This document shows, piece by piece, positions 16,647 to 24,898 of a stretch of 44,333 nucleotides of DNA (positions are counted from its first letter, which is position 1; every line of letters begins with the position of its first letter). This DNA comes from a bacterium (lineage in GTDB: Bacteria; Arandabacterota; Arandabacteria; Arandabacterales; Arandabacteraceae): assembly GCA_025774115.1 (NCBI GenBank), contig JALGWN010000001.1, positions 1 to 44,333 on the forward strand, given 5' to 3'. A program made the position numbers and the translations under genes. The notes under the pieces are model-generated. The model was given only the letters and a program-made list of their open reading frames with translations. It was not told where the DNA came from and did not search any database.

Positions 16647-16750
16647 GGATTATTCACAAGCCCTCTGCTGCGGCGTCGTGCTTGTGACGTCACAGCTCAA
16701 GCGGTGACGCATCTGCCGGTGTTGACGGCGTCATCCTTGCTCGCCGACTC
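16647..16750. repeat. Dispersed intergenic element, family 2, copy A (carries a 34-nt internal insertion)
   Basis: GGATTATTCACAAGCCCTCTGCTGCGGCG[tcgtgcttgtgacgtcacagctcaagcggtgacgc]ATCTGCCGGTGTTGACGGCGTCATCCTTGCTCGCCGACTCC. Outside the bracketed part it matches the reverse complement of 26359..26431 almost exactly. Confidence 0.85.
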
Positions 16751-16792
16751 CTATTACATCGGCCCGACTCCGTGCCGGCTCAAGACTTCGGT

Positions 16793-17929
16793 CTATGCGG
16801 TCTTTCGCCTGTGGAGGTCAAAATAGAGATCCTTGATTCTCTGTGCTATGTGTTGCAGGCCGAACTTCTCGGCGGCGGTCCTGAGAGCGGCCCTTCCCAA
16901 CCTCTCGGCCAGATCCTTGTCGGTAAGCAGTTTCTCGACCGCCTCGGCCAGCGCGAGGGTGTCACCGGGCGAAACCAGTATTCCGTTTTCCCCGCCGGTA
17001 ATCGCATCGGGTATGCCCCCGACGTCGGTGGCAACGATCGCCTTGCCGCAAGCCATGGCCTCAATCAGGGAAACCGGGAAGCCTTCCCTTACCGAAGGCA
17101 AAACAAACACATCCGCAGCGTGCAGGAGGTCGGATATGTCACTGCGGGCCCCCGCGAGCTTGACGTTCTCCCCGACACCCACAACCCCTATCCGCGCATC
17201 TATCTCTCCTCTAAGCTTGCCTTCACCGGCGATCAGACACCTCACCGTCGGGATACGATCCCTTATGGAGCCGATCGAATCCGCCAGAAGCGGATAGTTC
17301 TTCTCTCTCACCAGCCGGCCGACCGACACAACCAGTGGGTCGGCGGCATCCCAACCGAACTCCGTCATGATCTCATGCTTTCCGCGAGTGGGGGTCTTGA
17401 AAAGATTCAGATCCACACCATTGGGCAAGTATTCCAGCTTGCCGCGCGGCGTGCCCTCCCGGCGGGCGCGGATCTCGAGAATATCATGACTCACGCAAAT
17501 CCTGAGATCGGTTACTCCGTTCAGCATCTTCTCGAACAAGACACGGCCCCGGGATTTCCACAGACCCCGGCCGTGTTCGGTGGTAATCCTGACAGGTACA
17601 CCGCCCAGCCAACCCGCAAGCCTACCCACCCAGTCCGCCGGCGGCAGGTGGCAGTGTATCACATCAATTTCCTGGTCCCTCAGATAGCGCGCCAGCCTGA
17701 GCAGTGCAAATGGCAAGAATCTCCATCGAAAACCTAGGTTGAAAAAGGAGTCCGCATATCGCCGAGCTTGTCTTTCCATCCGGCGGTCGCCTGAGGTTAG
17801 ACAACAGACCGAGACTCGCATACCCGATCGGTCCAGAACACGAAGCTGGTCGAGCACTTGCACCTCGGCTCCGCCGAGATCGAAGATCGGGATCAGGATG
17901 CAGACGCGAAGCGGCATATGGCTCTTCAT
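16793..17929 (-). CDS. Glycosyltransferase family 4 (GT-B, GT1/RfaG-like)
   Basis: 378 aa. N-terminal GGAEVQV donor-fold motif; C-terminal FVLPSVREGFPVSLIEAMACGKAIVATDVGGIPD (the E-x7-E region) typical of GT4. Confidence 0.88.
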   Translation of the reverse strand: MKSHMPLRVCILIPIFDLGGAEVQVLDQLRVLDRSGMRVSVCCLTSGDRRMERQARRYADSFFNLGFRWRFLPFALLRLARYLRDQEIDVIHCHLPPADWVGRLAGWLGGVPVRITTEHGRGLWKSRGRVLFEKMLNGVTDLRICVSHDILEIRARREGTPRGKLEYLPNGVDLNLFKTPTRGKHEIMTEFGWDAADPLVVSVGRLVREKNYPLLADSIGSIRDRIPTVRCLIAGEGKLRGEIDARIGVVGVGENVKLAGARSDISDLLHAADVFVLPSVREGFPVSLIEAMACGKAIVATDVGGIPDAITGGENGILVSPGDTLALAEAVEKLLTDKDLAERLGRAALRTAAEKFGLQHIAQRIKDLYFDLHRRKTA

Positions 17930-19155
17930 CTCCTGAGACGCACTCTCCTTCTTACATAGGCGATCTCATCCTCGGGAGAGGTCAGCTTGCCCTGAAGCCT
18001 GAGCTCGAGAAGCCGCTCCAGTACACGACCCACCAATGGCCCTTTCTCTATTCCAAGAGCCACGACTCGACGCCCGTTGAGGCTCGGCGACACATCGCGC
18101 CATGCTTTTAGATAAGCCGCAATCAGATTCCGCTCCCTACGCCCGGAGGCCGCAAAGAGATGGACTATCCCCTCCGGTGCTACCGGTCGAAGCAGCTTGA
18201 CCACGCGATAAGCACTGCCCGCATCCAGACGCGACAGCTTCACCAGTGTTCTTGGGACCTCGGCCGAAACCCAGAGGCAGGCCTCCCTCTCCCTCCCGGG
18301 AAGATCGAGGCGATCGGCGAGGTGCGCGGCTTGCCGCCGCTTCAGTCCGAAGAAGAGGCCTGCAAGCCAGCAAAGCCGCTTTTCTGCAAATACCTCTCCG
18401 GCCGATAAGTCTACCCGGGCTATGGCCGGAGCCAGGCGTCTCATGTGTCGGGACCTTACGGTCTTCCGGCCCAACACCGGGTCGATGCTCTCCGGAATCC
18501 GGTACTTGCCGAGCAGTCCGAGGGCCCTCCGGGCCTTATCTTCCATACAGATAAGATTGAGTTCGGTATAGATCCGTTTGCCTGAAACCGAGCCGACGCA
18601 ACCCTCCCGCAGACACGCTCTCAACCGGGCAAGAGTCCCACTCTCGAAAGTGAAACCGAATCTGGCGGCAAAACGCACACCTCTCAGGATCCGGGTCGGA
18701 TCGTCCCGGAAACCGGCCGGATGTAGGATTCTGAGTCTACCCCCGGAGATGTCGGCAAAACCTCCGAAAGGGTCCAGCAGCCGGCCGTACCGGTGGGGAT
18801 CGAGGGAGATTGCCATCGCATTTACGGTGAAATCGCGGCGCGCCAGGTCCGCCTTCAGGTTCGATGCTTCAACATCCGGCAAGGCACCCGGGTGGCGGTA
18901 TGATTCGCTCCTGGCCGTGGCCAGGTCGATGGTGCCGAAAGCTCTACTCTCTATCTTGCATGTGCCGAACTTGGTACGGCCCTTGACCGAAGAACCGGTG
19001 GCCCGCGCAAAAACGCCGGCCAGATCGAGAGCGTCACCTTCGATCACGATATCCAGATCGATATTGCGGCAGCCGATTGCGAGGTCTCGCACCATGCCGC
19101 CGACCAAATAGGCCGTCTGTCCCATGTCACGCGCAAGCACACCTATGGCCTGCAA
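17926..19155 (-). CDS. cca: tRNA nucleotidyltransferase (CCA-adding) / poly(A) polymerase family protein
   Basis: 409 aa with LVGGMVRDLAIG...DLDIV (the GG-x-VRD and DxD polymerase-beta head motifs) and RDFTVNAM. Its stop overlaps the GT4 start by 4 nt. Confidence 0.8.
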   Translation of the reverse strand: MQAIGVLARDMGQTAYLVGGMVRDLAIGCRNIDLDIVIEGDALDLAGVFARATGSSVKGRTKFGTCKIESRAFGTIDLATARSESYRHPGALPDVEASNLKADLARRDFTVNAMAISLDPHRYGRLLDPFGGFADISGGRLRILHPAGFRDDPTRILRGVRFAARFGFTFESGTLARLRACLREGCVGSVSGKRIYTELNLICMEDKARRALGLLGKYRIPESIDPVLGRKTVRSRHMRRLAPAIARVDLSAGEVFAEKRLCWLAGLFFGLKRRQAAHLADRLDLPGREREACLWVSAEVPRTLVKLSRLDAGSAYRVVKLLRPVAPEGIVHLFAASGRRERNLIAAYLKAWRDVSPSLNGRRVVALGIEKGPLVGRVLERLLELRLQGKLTSPEDEIAYVRRRVRLRR

Positions 19156-19199
19156 GACCTCATGGACCTGCGGTGGAACGGTTTTCTCGAACTCGGCCT

Positions 19200-20099
19200 C
19201 TATTTTTCCGTGGCTCGCGGATGGTATTTTCGATGCACCTCCTTCAGATATTCCATGTCCACCTTGGTGTAAATCTGGGTGGTGGATATATCCTTGTGTC
19301 CCAGCATCTGTTGAACATCCCGCAGACTTGCGCCGCCTTCCATGATATGTGTAGCAAAGGAATGCCTCAGAACATGGGGTGTTACCTTGCTCTTTATGCC
19401 TGACCGGCGGACATAACCTCTCAGGATTTTCCAGAAGCCATTGCGGCTGAGCGGCCCACCTCTCCAGTTAAGAAAGAACACCCCTTGGTCCTTGCCCCTT
19501 AGAAGACCGGGTCTAACCTCATCCCTGTACCGCACCGCCCACCTGATGGCTATTCCTCCCACGGGTATTACACGCTCACGCGATCCTTTACCCATGCATC
19601 GGGCCGTCCCTACATTCAGGTTGAGGCCCCGCATCCTGAAAGTGATCACCTCCGATACGCGCATACCGGTCGCATAGGTGAACTCCAACATCGCCTTGTC
19701 CCGAAGCCCTAGCGGCTTGCCGGTATCGGGCTGGGCCAGCAGTCTCTCCACTTCGGGCACCGTCAGGGCGGCCGGCAGCCGCCGCCAGACCTTGGGGGGA
19801 GGAATGTCCCCGGTGGGATCCTCCGATGCCATGGATTCAGAAACCAAAAATCTGTGGAACGCCCGTATCGAGGAGAGCTCTCTTCTCATGCTCGAAGGTG
19901 ACATGCCGCACTCGCTCAGAAAAGCCAGGTACGAATAGACGTCGTCGGATTGCGCGCAGGCCGGGTCACTCTTCCCCGCCGACGCCAGAAACTCGACATA
20001 CTTCTTGATGTCGCTGTGATAGGCCAGAGCGGTATTCGAAGCTACACCGCGTTCACTGACAAGCCAGTAGGAAAATTCTTCAAGCACCGTAGCCATCAT
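19200..20099 (-). CDS. xerD: Site-specific tyrosine recombinase XerD/XerC
   Basis: 299 aa with an N-terminal SAM-like domain (SNTALAYHSDIKKYVEFL) and catalytic residues in ATGMRVSE...HVLRHSFATHIMEGGASLRDVQQMLGHKDISTTQIYTKV. Confidence 0.82.
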   Translation of the reverse strand: MMATVLEEFSYWLVSERGVASNTALAYHSDIKKYVEFLASAGKSDPACAQSDDVYSYLAFLSECGMSPSSMRRELSSIRAFHRFLVSESMASEDPTGDIPPPKVWRRLPAALTVPEVERLLAQPDTGKPLGLRDKAMLEFTYATGMRVSEVITFRMRGLNLNVGTARCMGKGSRERVIPVGGIAIRWAVRYRDEVRPGLLRGKDQGVFFLNWRGGPLSRNGFWKILRGYVRRSGIKSKVTPHVLRHSFATHIMEGGASLRDVQQMLGHKDISTTQIYTKVDMEYLKEVHRKYHPRATEK

Positions 20100-20725
20100 G
20101 TCTGCAAGAATGGGTTGTGCATCTTCTCATACCCAATCGTTGTCTCGGGACCGTGTCCCGGATAGATTCGAACCCCCGGATCAAGGACCGCGATCCTACT
20201 CTTGAGGGTCTCCGCCATATCACAATCGGATCCCCCGGGCAAATCGGTTCGGCCGATAGAACCCCTGAAGATCACATCGCCGCTGAAGAGGGCGGAATCC
20301 AGCATATAACAGACGCTGCCCCTGGTATGGCCGGGGCTGTGAATGACTCTAATCCGAGAGTCGCCGATAGGAATCAGATCGTCGTCTTGGACTTCCTGAT
20401 CGACCCTGCAGGGTTCTCTCTGGAGCCCCCAAAGGCTGAGGACCTCTCCATTCTCGACCATCGCTCTATCAGCGGCATGGCATATCACCCTCGAACGAAA
20501 GCGACGTCTGAGAGCCCCGGCCGCGTTAGCATGGTCGATGTGGCCGTGCGTTAGGAGGATCGCCTCGGGATCAAGCCCCATGGCCTTCGCCTCCGCAGCG
20601 ATTCGGTCACCTTCGTCCCCCGGGTCTATGATCACTCCCTGACCCCCGGGATCACATTTCACCAGATAGCAATTGCCTTCCAACATGCCGACCACTACAG
20701 CCTCTATCTGCACCGTGCTAGCCAT
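20096..20725 (-). CDS. MBL-fold metallo-hydrolase (glyoxalase II-like)
   Basis: 209 aa with THGHIDH, SPGHTRGS and a later HGP motif, typical of the metallo-beta-lactamase fold. Confidence 0.85.
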   Translation of the reverse strand: MASTVQIEAVVVGMLEGNCYLVKCDPGGQGVIIDPGDEGDRIAAEAKAMGLDPEAILLTHGHIDHANAAGALRRRFRSRVICHAADRAMVENGEVLSLWGLQREPCRVDQEVQDDDLIPIGDSRIRVIHSPGHTRGSVCYMLDSALFSGDVIFRGSIGRTDLPGGSDCDMAETLKSRIAVLDPGVRIYPGHGPETTIGYEKMHNPFLQT

Positions 20726-20730
20726 CTCTA

Positions 20731-21285
20731 CTATGCTCCTTCGGTGCCCAGGCCTAAACTGGGCTGGCCGGATTCAAGCGCAAGAAGCCACCTCTTCAGC
20801 GGCAGTCCCCCCCCGAAACCTCCAAGGCCGCCGTGCGAGTCCAAAACCCTGTGGCAGGGGATGAAGATCGGGACGGGATTCCTTCCCAGGGCTCCGCCCA
20901 CGGCCCTCGCGGCGTTCGGATCGCCCAGTTTCTCGGCCACCCAGGCATAGGAACGCACCTGGCCGTAAGGTATCTTCGACGCCACTCTCCAGACCTTCCT
21001 AGAGAAAGGGGTGGAGCTCCTGAGATCGAGCTTCACCGAAAACCTCCTCAGCTTCCCTTCCAGGTAGAGGAGAAGCTCCCTCGCTGCGTGTTCCACGTGT
21101 TGCCCGCCCTTTTCGAAAACGATGCCCGGGGTCTTCTCATAAAGAGACTTCACCGCTTCCACGTCAAGCGGCCCGAGGTTCACCCAAAAGAGGCCCCTCT
21201 GAGAGGTCGCAAGCCAGATGTCCCCCAGGCGCGACTTAAGACTCAGATGGTTCACAATGAGCACCGATTCTCTCTTCCCGGCCAC
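20731..21285 (-). CDS. ogt: Methylated-DNA--protein-cysteine methyltransferase
   Basis: 184 aa with IPYGQVRSYAWVAEKLG...ARAVGGALGRNPVPIFIPCHRVL (the PCHR active-site motif). Confidence 0.88.
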   Translation of the reverse strand: MAGKRESVLIVNHLSLKSRLGDIWLATSQRGLFWVNLGPLDVEAVKSLYEKTPGIVFEKGGQHVEHAARELLLYLEGKLRRFSVKLDLRSSTPFSRKVWRVASKIPYGQVRSYAWVAEKLGDPNAARAVGGALGRNPVPIFIPCHRVLDSHGGLGGFGGGLPLKRWLLALESGQPSLGLGTEGA

Positions 21286-23126
21286 TATCCCCCCCCCTCC
21301 TCAGACTGCCCTTTGAGTGTCTCAAGCAACATCTCGACCTTTTTTCCGCTCATACCCGCAACACAGGCCAGCGCATCCGGCCCGGCTTTTCCGATGCCGT
21401 CCAATGAGCCGAACTCGGACAACAGCCGCTTACTCAATACCGGTCCTATGCCTTTCACATCCTCCAGCCGTGACCTCAGGCTCCGCCGCCTCCGCAGTTT
21501 GCGGTGGTAGGTAATGGCGAACCTGTGCGCCTCGTCCCGGATCCGCTGGAGCAGACGAAGCGCCGGCGAATCATGGGGTATCTGTAACGGTTCTCCGCGG
21601 CCCGGACGAAACAGCTCATCCAACCTCTTGGCGATCCCGGCAACCTCGGGAAGCGTATCCTCACTGCAGGCGGCTTCCAGCATCCCCTTGATCGCGCTCG
21701 ACACCTGTCCTTTACCGCCGTCAATCAACACCAGGTCGGGTCTCTCCTCCTCCCCTTCCTCAACGTGGGCCCAGGCCCGGCGGAGGACCTCCTTTATCAT
21801 AGCAAAATCATCCTGGCCTTGAACATCCTTAATGGCATATCGCCGGTAAAGGCTTTTTACCGGACGCCCGTTTCTGAAGTATACCCTCGAACCCACCGGC
21901 TCGGCACCTTGTATCGTGGATATGTCAAAAGCCGCTATCGCGATCGGGGGACCGGCAAGATGAAGCCACCTGGCAAGTTCCCTCACGGCCGCCGGTATTC
22001 TCGCCCCACCCTTCTCGGCATCTGCAATCTGCGAGAGGACGAGACTCGCATTCTCACCGGCCATCTTGAGGAGTTCCGCGCCCTTGCCTGTCCTGGGGCT
22101 CAATACCCTGATTTCCCTGCCCGTCCTTTCACGAAGCCAACGCTTGATCACCGGCATGCCTTCAGGGACCTGCTCGATCAGAATCTCATCGGGCAGCTGG
22201 GTGGTGGCGGCAAGATACTGCTCGAGAAAAGCCTCCTCGATCTCAGCCTGCCCGGCATCGCCCTCATAGGCCATCCGGTAGACCTCTTTGCCGACGAGTT
22301 TGCCTTCACGCACCTTGAGCGTCAAGCCTATGGCACAGCCGTTTCTGAAGCGAACGGCGGCGACATCCCGGTCCTTCGACCTCGATGAGACCACTATCTG
22401 TTTCCGGCTCACTTTCTCGAGGGCCTCGAGAGTGTCCCTTAAGTTGGCGGCCTCTTCAAACCTCAGCTTGCCTGCCTCGTCTTCCATGCGGCTCCTGATG
22501 TCCCTTATCAGGTCAGTCATTCTGCCTGAAAGATACTGGCAAACCTGGTGGACAAGTCGCTTATAGGTGCCGGGACTTACATCTCCACGGCAAGGTCCCA
22601 TGCACTTCCCGATGTGGTAATTCAGGCAGCCCCTGTCCGGCTTCTTAAGAGGCAAGTTTCTTCTGCAAGTTCGAAGGGCAAAGATATCGTTCAGGAATTT
22701 CAGCGTCCTTCGCATAGCCTTAGCGTCGGTGTAAGGTCCGAAATATCTTGATCCATCCTGTTTGAGGGTTCGCGTCGCAAAGACGGACGGAAAAGGCTCT
22801 CGTGACGTGACCTTTATGTAGGGGAATTTCTTGTCGTCCTTCAGGCTGACATTGTAGCGTGGCCTGAAGTGCTTGATGAGATTGCACTCCAGTATCAGGG
22901 CTTCGACCTCCGACCGCGTGACCATGAAATCCAGATCATGGGTCTTGCTTACCAGCACCGCAGTACGCGGGGGAAGCGGTTCGCCCTCCCTAGAGTACGA
23001 TCGCACCCTGGATCTGAGAGACTTGGCTTTGCCTACGTAAATGACCTTGTCTTTCCTATCCTTGAAGAGGTAAACCCCCGGAGACGACGGCAACCCATCG
23101 ATCTTGGCTCTTAGATCGTCTCTCAT
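21285..23126 (-). CDS. uvrC: Excinuclease ABC subunit C
   Basis: 613 aa with a GIY-YIG N-terminus (PGVYLFKDRKDKVIYVGKAKSLRSRV), a UVR domain, an RNase H-like endonuclease domain and a C-terminal (HhH)2 (IKGIGPVLSKRLLSEFGS). Confidence 0.95.
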   Translation of the reverse strand: MRDDLRAKIDGLPSSPGVYLFKDRKDKVIYVGKAKSLRSRVRSYSREGEPLPPRTAVLVSKTHDLDFMVTRSEVEALILECNLIKHFRPRYNVSLKDDKKFPYIKVTSREPFPSVFATRTLKQDGSRYFGPYTDAKAMRRTLKFLNDIFALRTCRRNLPLKKPDRGCLNYHIGKCMGPCRGDVSPGTYKRLVHQVCQYLSGRMTDLIRDIRSRMEDEAGKLRFEEAANLRDTLEALEKVSRKQIVVSSRSKDRDVAAVRFRNGCAIGLTLKVREGKLVGKEVYRMAYEGDAGQAEIEEAFLEQYLAATTQLPDEILIEQVPEGMPVIKRWLRERTGREIRVLSPRTGKGAELLKMAGENASLVLSQIADAEKGGARIPAAVRELARWLHLAGPPIAIAAFDISTIQGAEPVGSRVYFRNGRPVKSLYRRYAIKDVQGQDDFAMIKEVLRRAWAHVEEGEEERPDLVLIDGGKGQVSSAIKGMLEAACSEDTLPEVAGIAKRLDELFRPGRGEPLQIPHDSPALRLLQRIRDEAHRFAITYHRKLRRRRSLRSRLEDVKGIGPVLSKRLLSEFGSLDGIGKAGPDALACVAGMSGKKVEMLLETLKGQSEEGGG

Positions 23127-24709
23127 CGTCGCACCCTAACTCTAAGCATGGTCCTCAATAAGAAGATAATCTCTTCGGCTTTGATGGCCAAACCGGCCAC
23201 CACTAAAACCGCCAAACCGGCCACGGCTGAGACCGTAACCTGCAGGAGCTTACCCCAGATGTTCAGGGCCCATGGCTCGAGGGCGCCCGCGACAAGATAG
23301 AGCGCGATCCCTACAAAAGCCGACACGACGATCATCTTGACCACAGTCGTCCAGATCTCCCGGCCGCGGATATCACCCAGCCTCCGCCGGAGCAGCCAGC
23401 AGAGTATCGCGAAGCCTATGACCGATGAGATCGCCGTGGCCAGTGCCAGGCCTCCGAGGCCGAGGTACCTGACAAGCACTATATCGAGAACTATGTTGAG
23501 CCCGACACTGAATATGGCCACCTTCATGGGGGTTAATGTGTCCTTGAGCGAATAGAAGGCCTGGACCACCGCCTTTACCCCACCGTAGGCAAAGAGACCG
23601 GAGGCATAAAAGAGAAGTGCATTCACCGTCATGGGTGTCGATCGTGCCGCGGTGAACTCACCACGCTCGAAGAGAAGCCTGACTACGGGTTTCGCAAGCA
23701 CGATCAGCCCCACAGTCGAAGGGATAAGCAGGGCAAGCATGAGTCTTAAGGAGAAGGTGAAATCCTCGACCAGTTTCCGCTTATCGTTCCCGGCCGCGTG
23801 TGCCGCAAGGGTCGGAAGGACCGCGGTGGTTATGGCCACACCGAAGATGCCCAGGGGCTGAATGGCGATGCGGTTTCCCAGTCTCAGAGCTGTGACGCTC
23901 CCCTCCGGAAGCGTCGTCGCCAGCAGTGTATCCACCAGGACATTGATCTGTGTCACGGCAAACGCCAGCATACCCGGCAACATCAGGCGGCCTATCCACT
24001 TGACCCCGGGATGGCTGAAATCGGGATCGAACTTCAACCTGTGACCTGTCTTGCGAAGAAGAGGCACCTGTGATGCTATCTGCAACACACCGCCCACAAG
24101 GGCACCCACGGAGAAAATCGTTATAGCCCGCTCGCCGGCGCCCCAGGAGCTCCGGAGCAGTATCAATGCCGCCCCTATCAGAGAGATATTGAGGAAAGCC
24201 GGAGCAAAGGCGGGCAGACCGAAATATCCTCTGCTATTGAGCGTCCCCCCGGCAAGGGCGGCCAGGGCGACAAAGAAGATGTATGGAAAGAGCAACCGGG
24301 TAAGTTTCACCGTCAGAGCCATGGTCTCCGGCGAACCTCTCCAGCCGAAAGCGTAAACACTTACGATGGGGCTTGCCAGGACTGCCCCCAGAACAACTAC
24401 AGCCCCCAAGACAACAATCATCACAGAGAAAACCTTGCCTGCAAGCTGGACAGCCGGGCCTTCTCCATCCCGGCGCAGATAGTGGGTGTATACGGGCACA
24501 TAGGAGGCATTGAGTGTCCCCTCCCCGAGAACCCGACGCAGGAAATTTGGGATCAGAAAGGCGATGTTGAAAGCGTCTGCATAGAAGGTGGTACCGAATA
24601 TGGCCGCGAAGAAGATGTCTCTTGCAAGCCCCAGAATGCGGCTTATGCTCGTCGCACCGCTTATCCGGCCGGCGGACTTCGCAATATTCTCTTTCGAGCC
24701 ACTTTCCAT
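23123..24709 (-). CDS. murJ: Lipid II flippase MurJ (start trimmed to the internal ATG at 24709)
   Basis: A multi-pass membrane protein. The segment MESGSKENIAKSAGRISGATSISRILGLARDIFFAAIFG matches the MurJ/MviN N-terminus. The 48 codons upstream in the ORF-track call (to 24853) run across two promoter-like elements and do not look like coding sequence. Confidence 0.88.
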   Translation of the reverse strand: MESGSKENIAKSAGRISGATSISRILGLARDIFFAAIFGTTFYADAFNIAFLIPNFLRRVLGEGTLNASYVPVYTHYLRRDGEGPAVQLAGKVFSVMIVVLGAVVVLGAVLASPIVSVYAFGWRGSPETMALTVKLTRLLFPYIFFVALAALAGGTLNSRGYFGLPAFAPAFLNISLIGAALILLRSSWGAGERAITIFSVGALVGGVLQIASQVPLLRKTGHRLKFDPDFSHPGVKWIGRLMLPGMLAFAVTQINVLVDTLLATTLPEGSVTALRLGNRIAIQPLGIFGVAITTAVLPTLAAHAAGNDKRKLVEDFTFSLRLMLALLIPSTVGLIVLAKPVVRLLFERGEFTAARSTPMTVNALLFYASGLFAYGGVKAVVQAFYSLKDTLTPMKVAIFSVGLNIVLDIVLVRYLGLGGLALATAISSVIGFAILCWLLRRRLGDIRGREIWTTVVKMIVVSAFVGIALYLVAGALEPWALNIWGKLLQVTVSAVAGLAVLVVAGLAIKAEEIIFLLRTMLRVRVRR

Positions 24710-24772
24710 GTACAGACCTCGGCGGTGGAATACCCTACGGGTAAACCCATGGTCCTCTGCGTAGACGGATAG

Positions 24773-24801
24773 AATATACCAGAACATATATGACGCTTCA
24801 A
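24773..24801 (-). promoter_or_regulatory. Candidate sigma70-type promoter for murJ
   Basis: The minus strand reads TTGAAG (24801..24796), a 17-nt spacer, then TATATT (24778..24773), about 64 nt upstream of the ATG at 24709. Confidence 0.45.
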
Positions 24802-24846
24802 AGGAAAAGGCCCCGACAACCTGCGCAAAAACGCTTGCTCGGGGCC

Positions 24847-24875
24847 TTGACACGCCGGATGCCCACTGCTATATT
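24847..24875 (+). promoter_or_regulatory. Candidate sigma70-type promoter for the GT2 gene
   Basis: TTGACA (24847..24852), a 17-nt spacer, then TATATT (24870..24875), 24 nt upstream of the ATG at 24899. It is divergent from the murJ promoter. Confidence 0.5.
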
Positions 24876-24898
24876 GCTGCGCACAAGGGGCATGCTCT

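Noticed and set aside
19200-20099. Tyrosine recombinase as a marker of an integrated mobile element.
   Set aside because: The sequence and length fit chromosomal XerC/XerD. The neighbours are housekeeping genes (cca, an MBL hydrolase, ogt, uvrC). No att-like repeats, phage genes or plasmid genes are nearby.
24710-24853. N-terminal 48 codons of the ORF-track murJ call.
   Set aside because: The typical MurJ N-terminus begins at the internal ATG (24709). The upstream stretch contains two promoter-like elements and a strong hairpin, and its translation (MSRPRASVFAQVVGAFSFEASYMFWYIL...) has no MurJ similarity.
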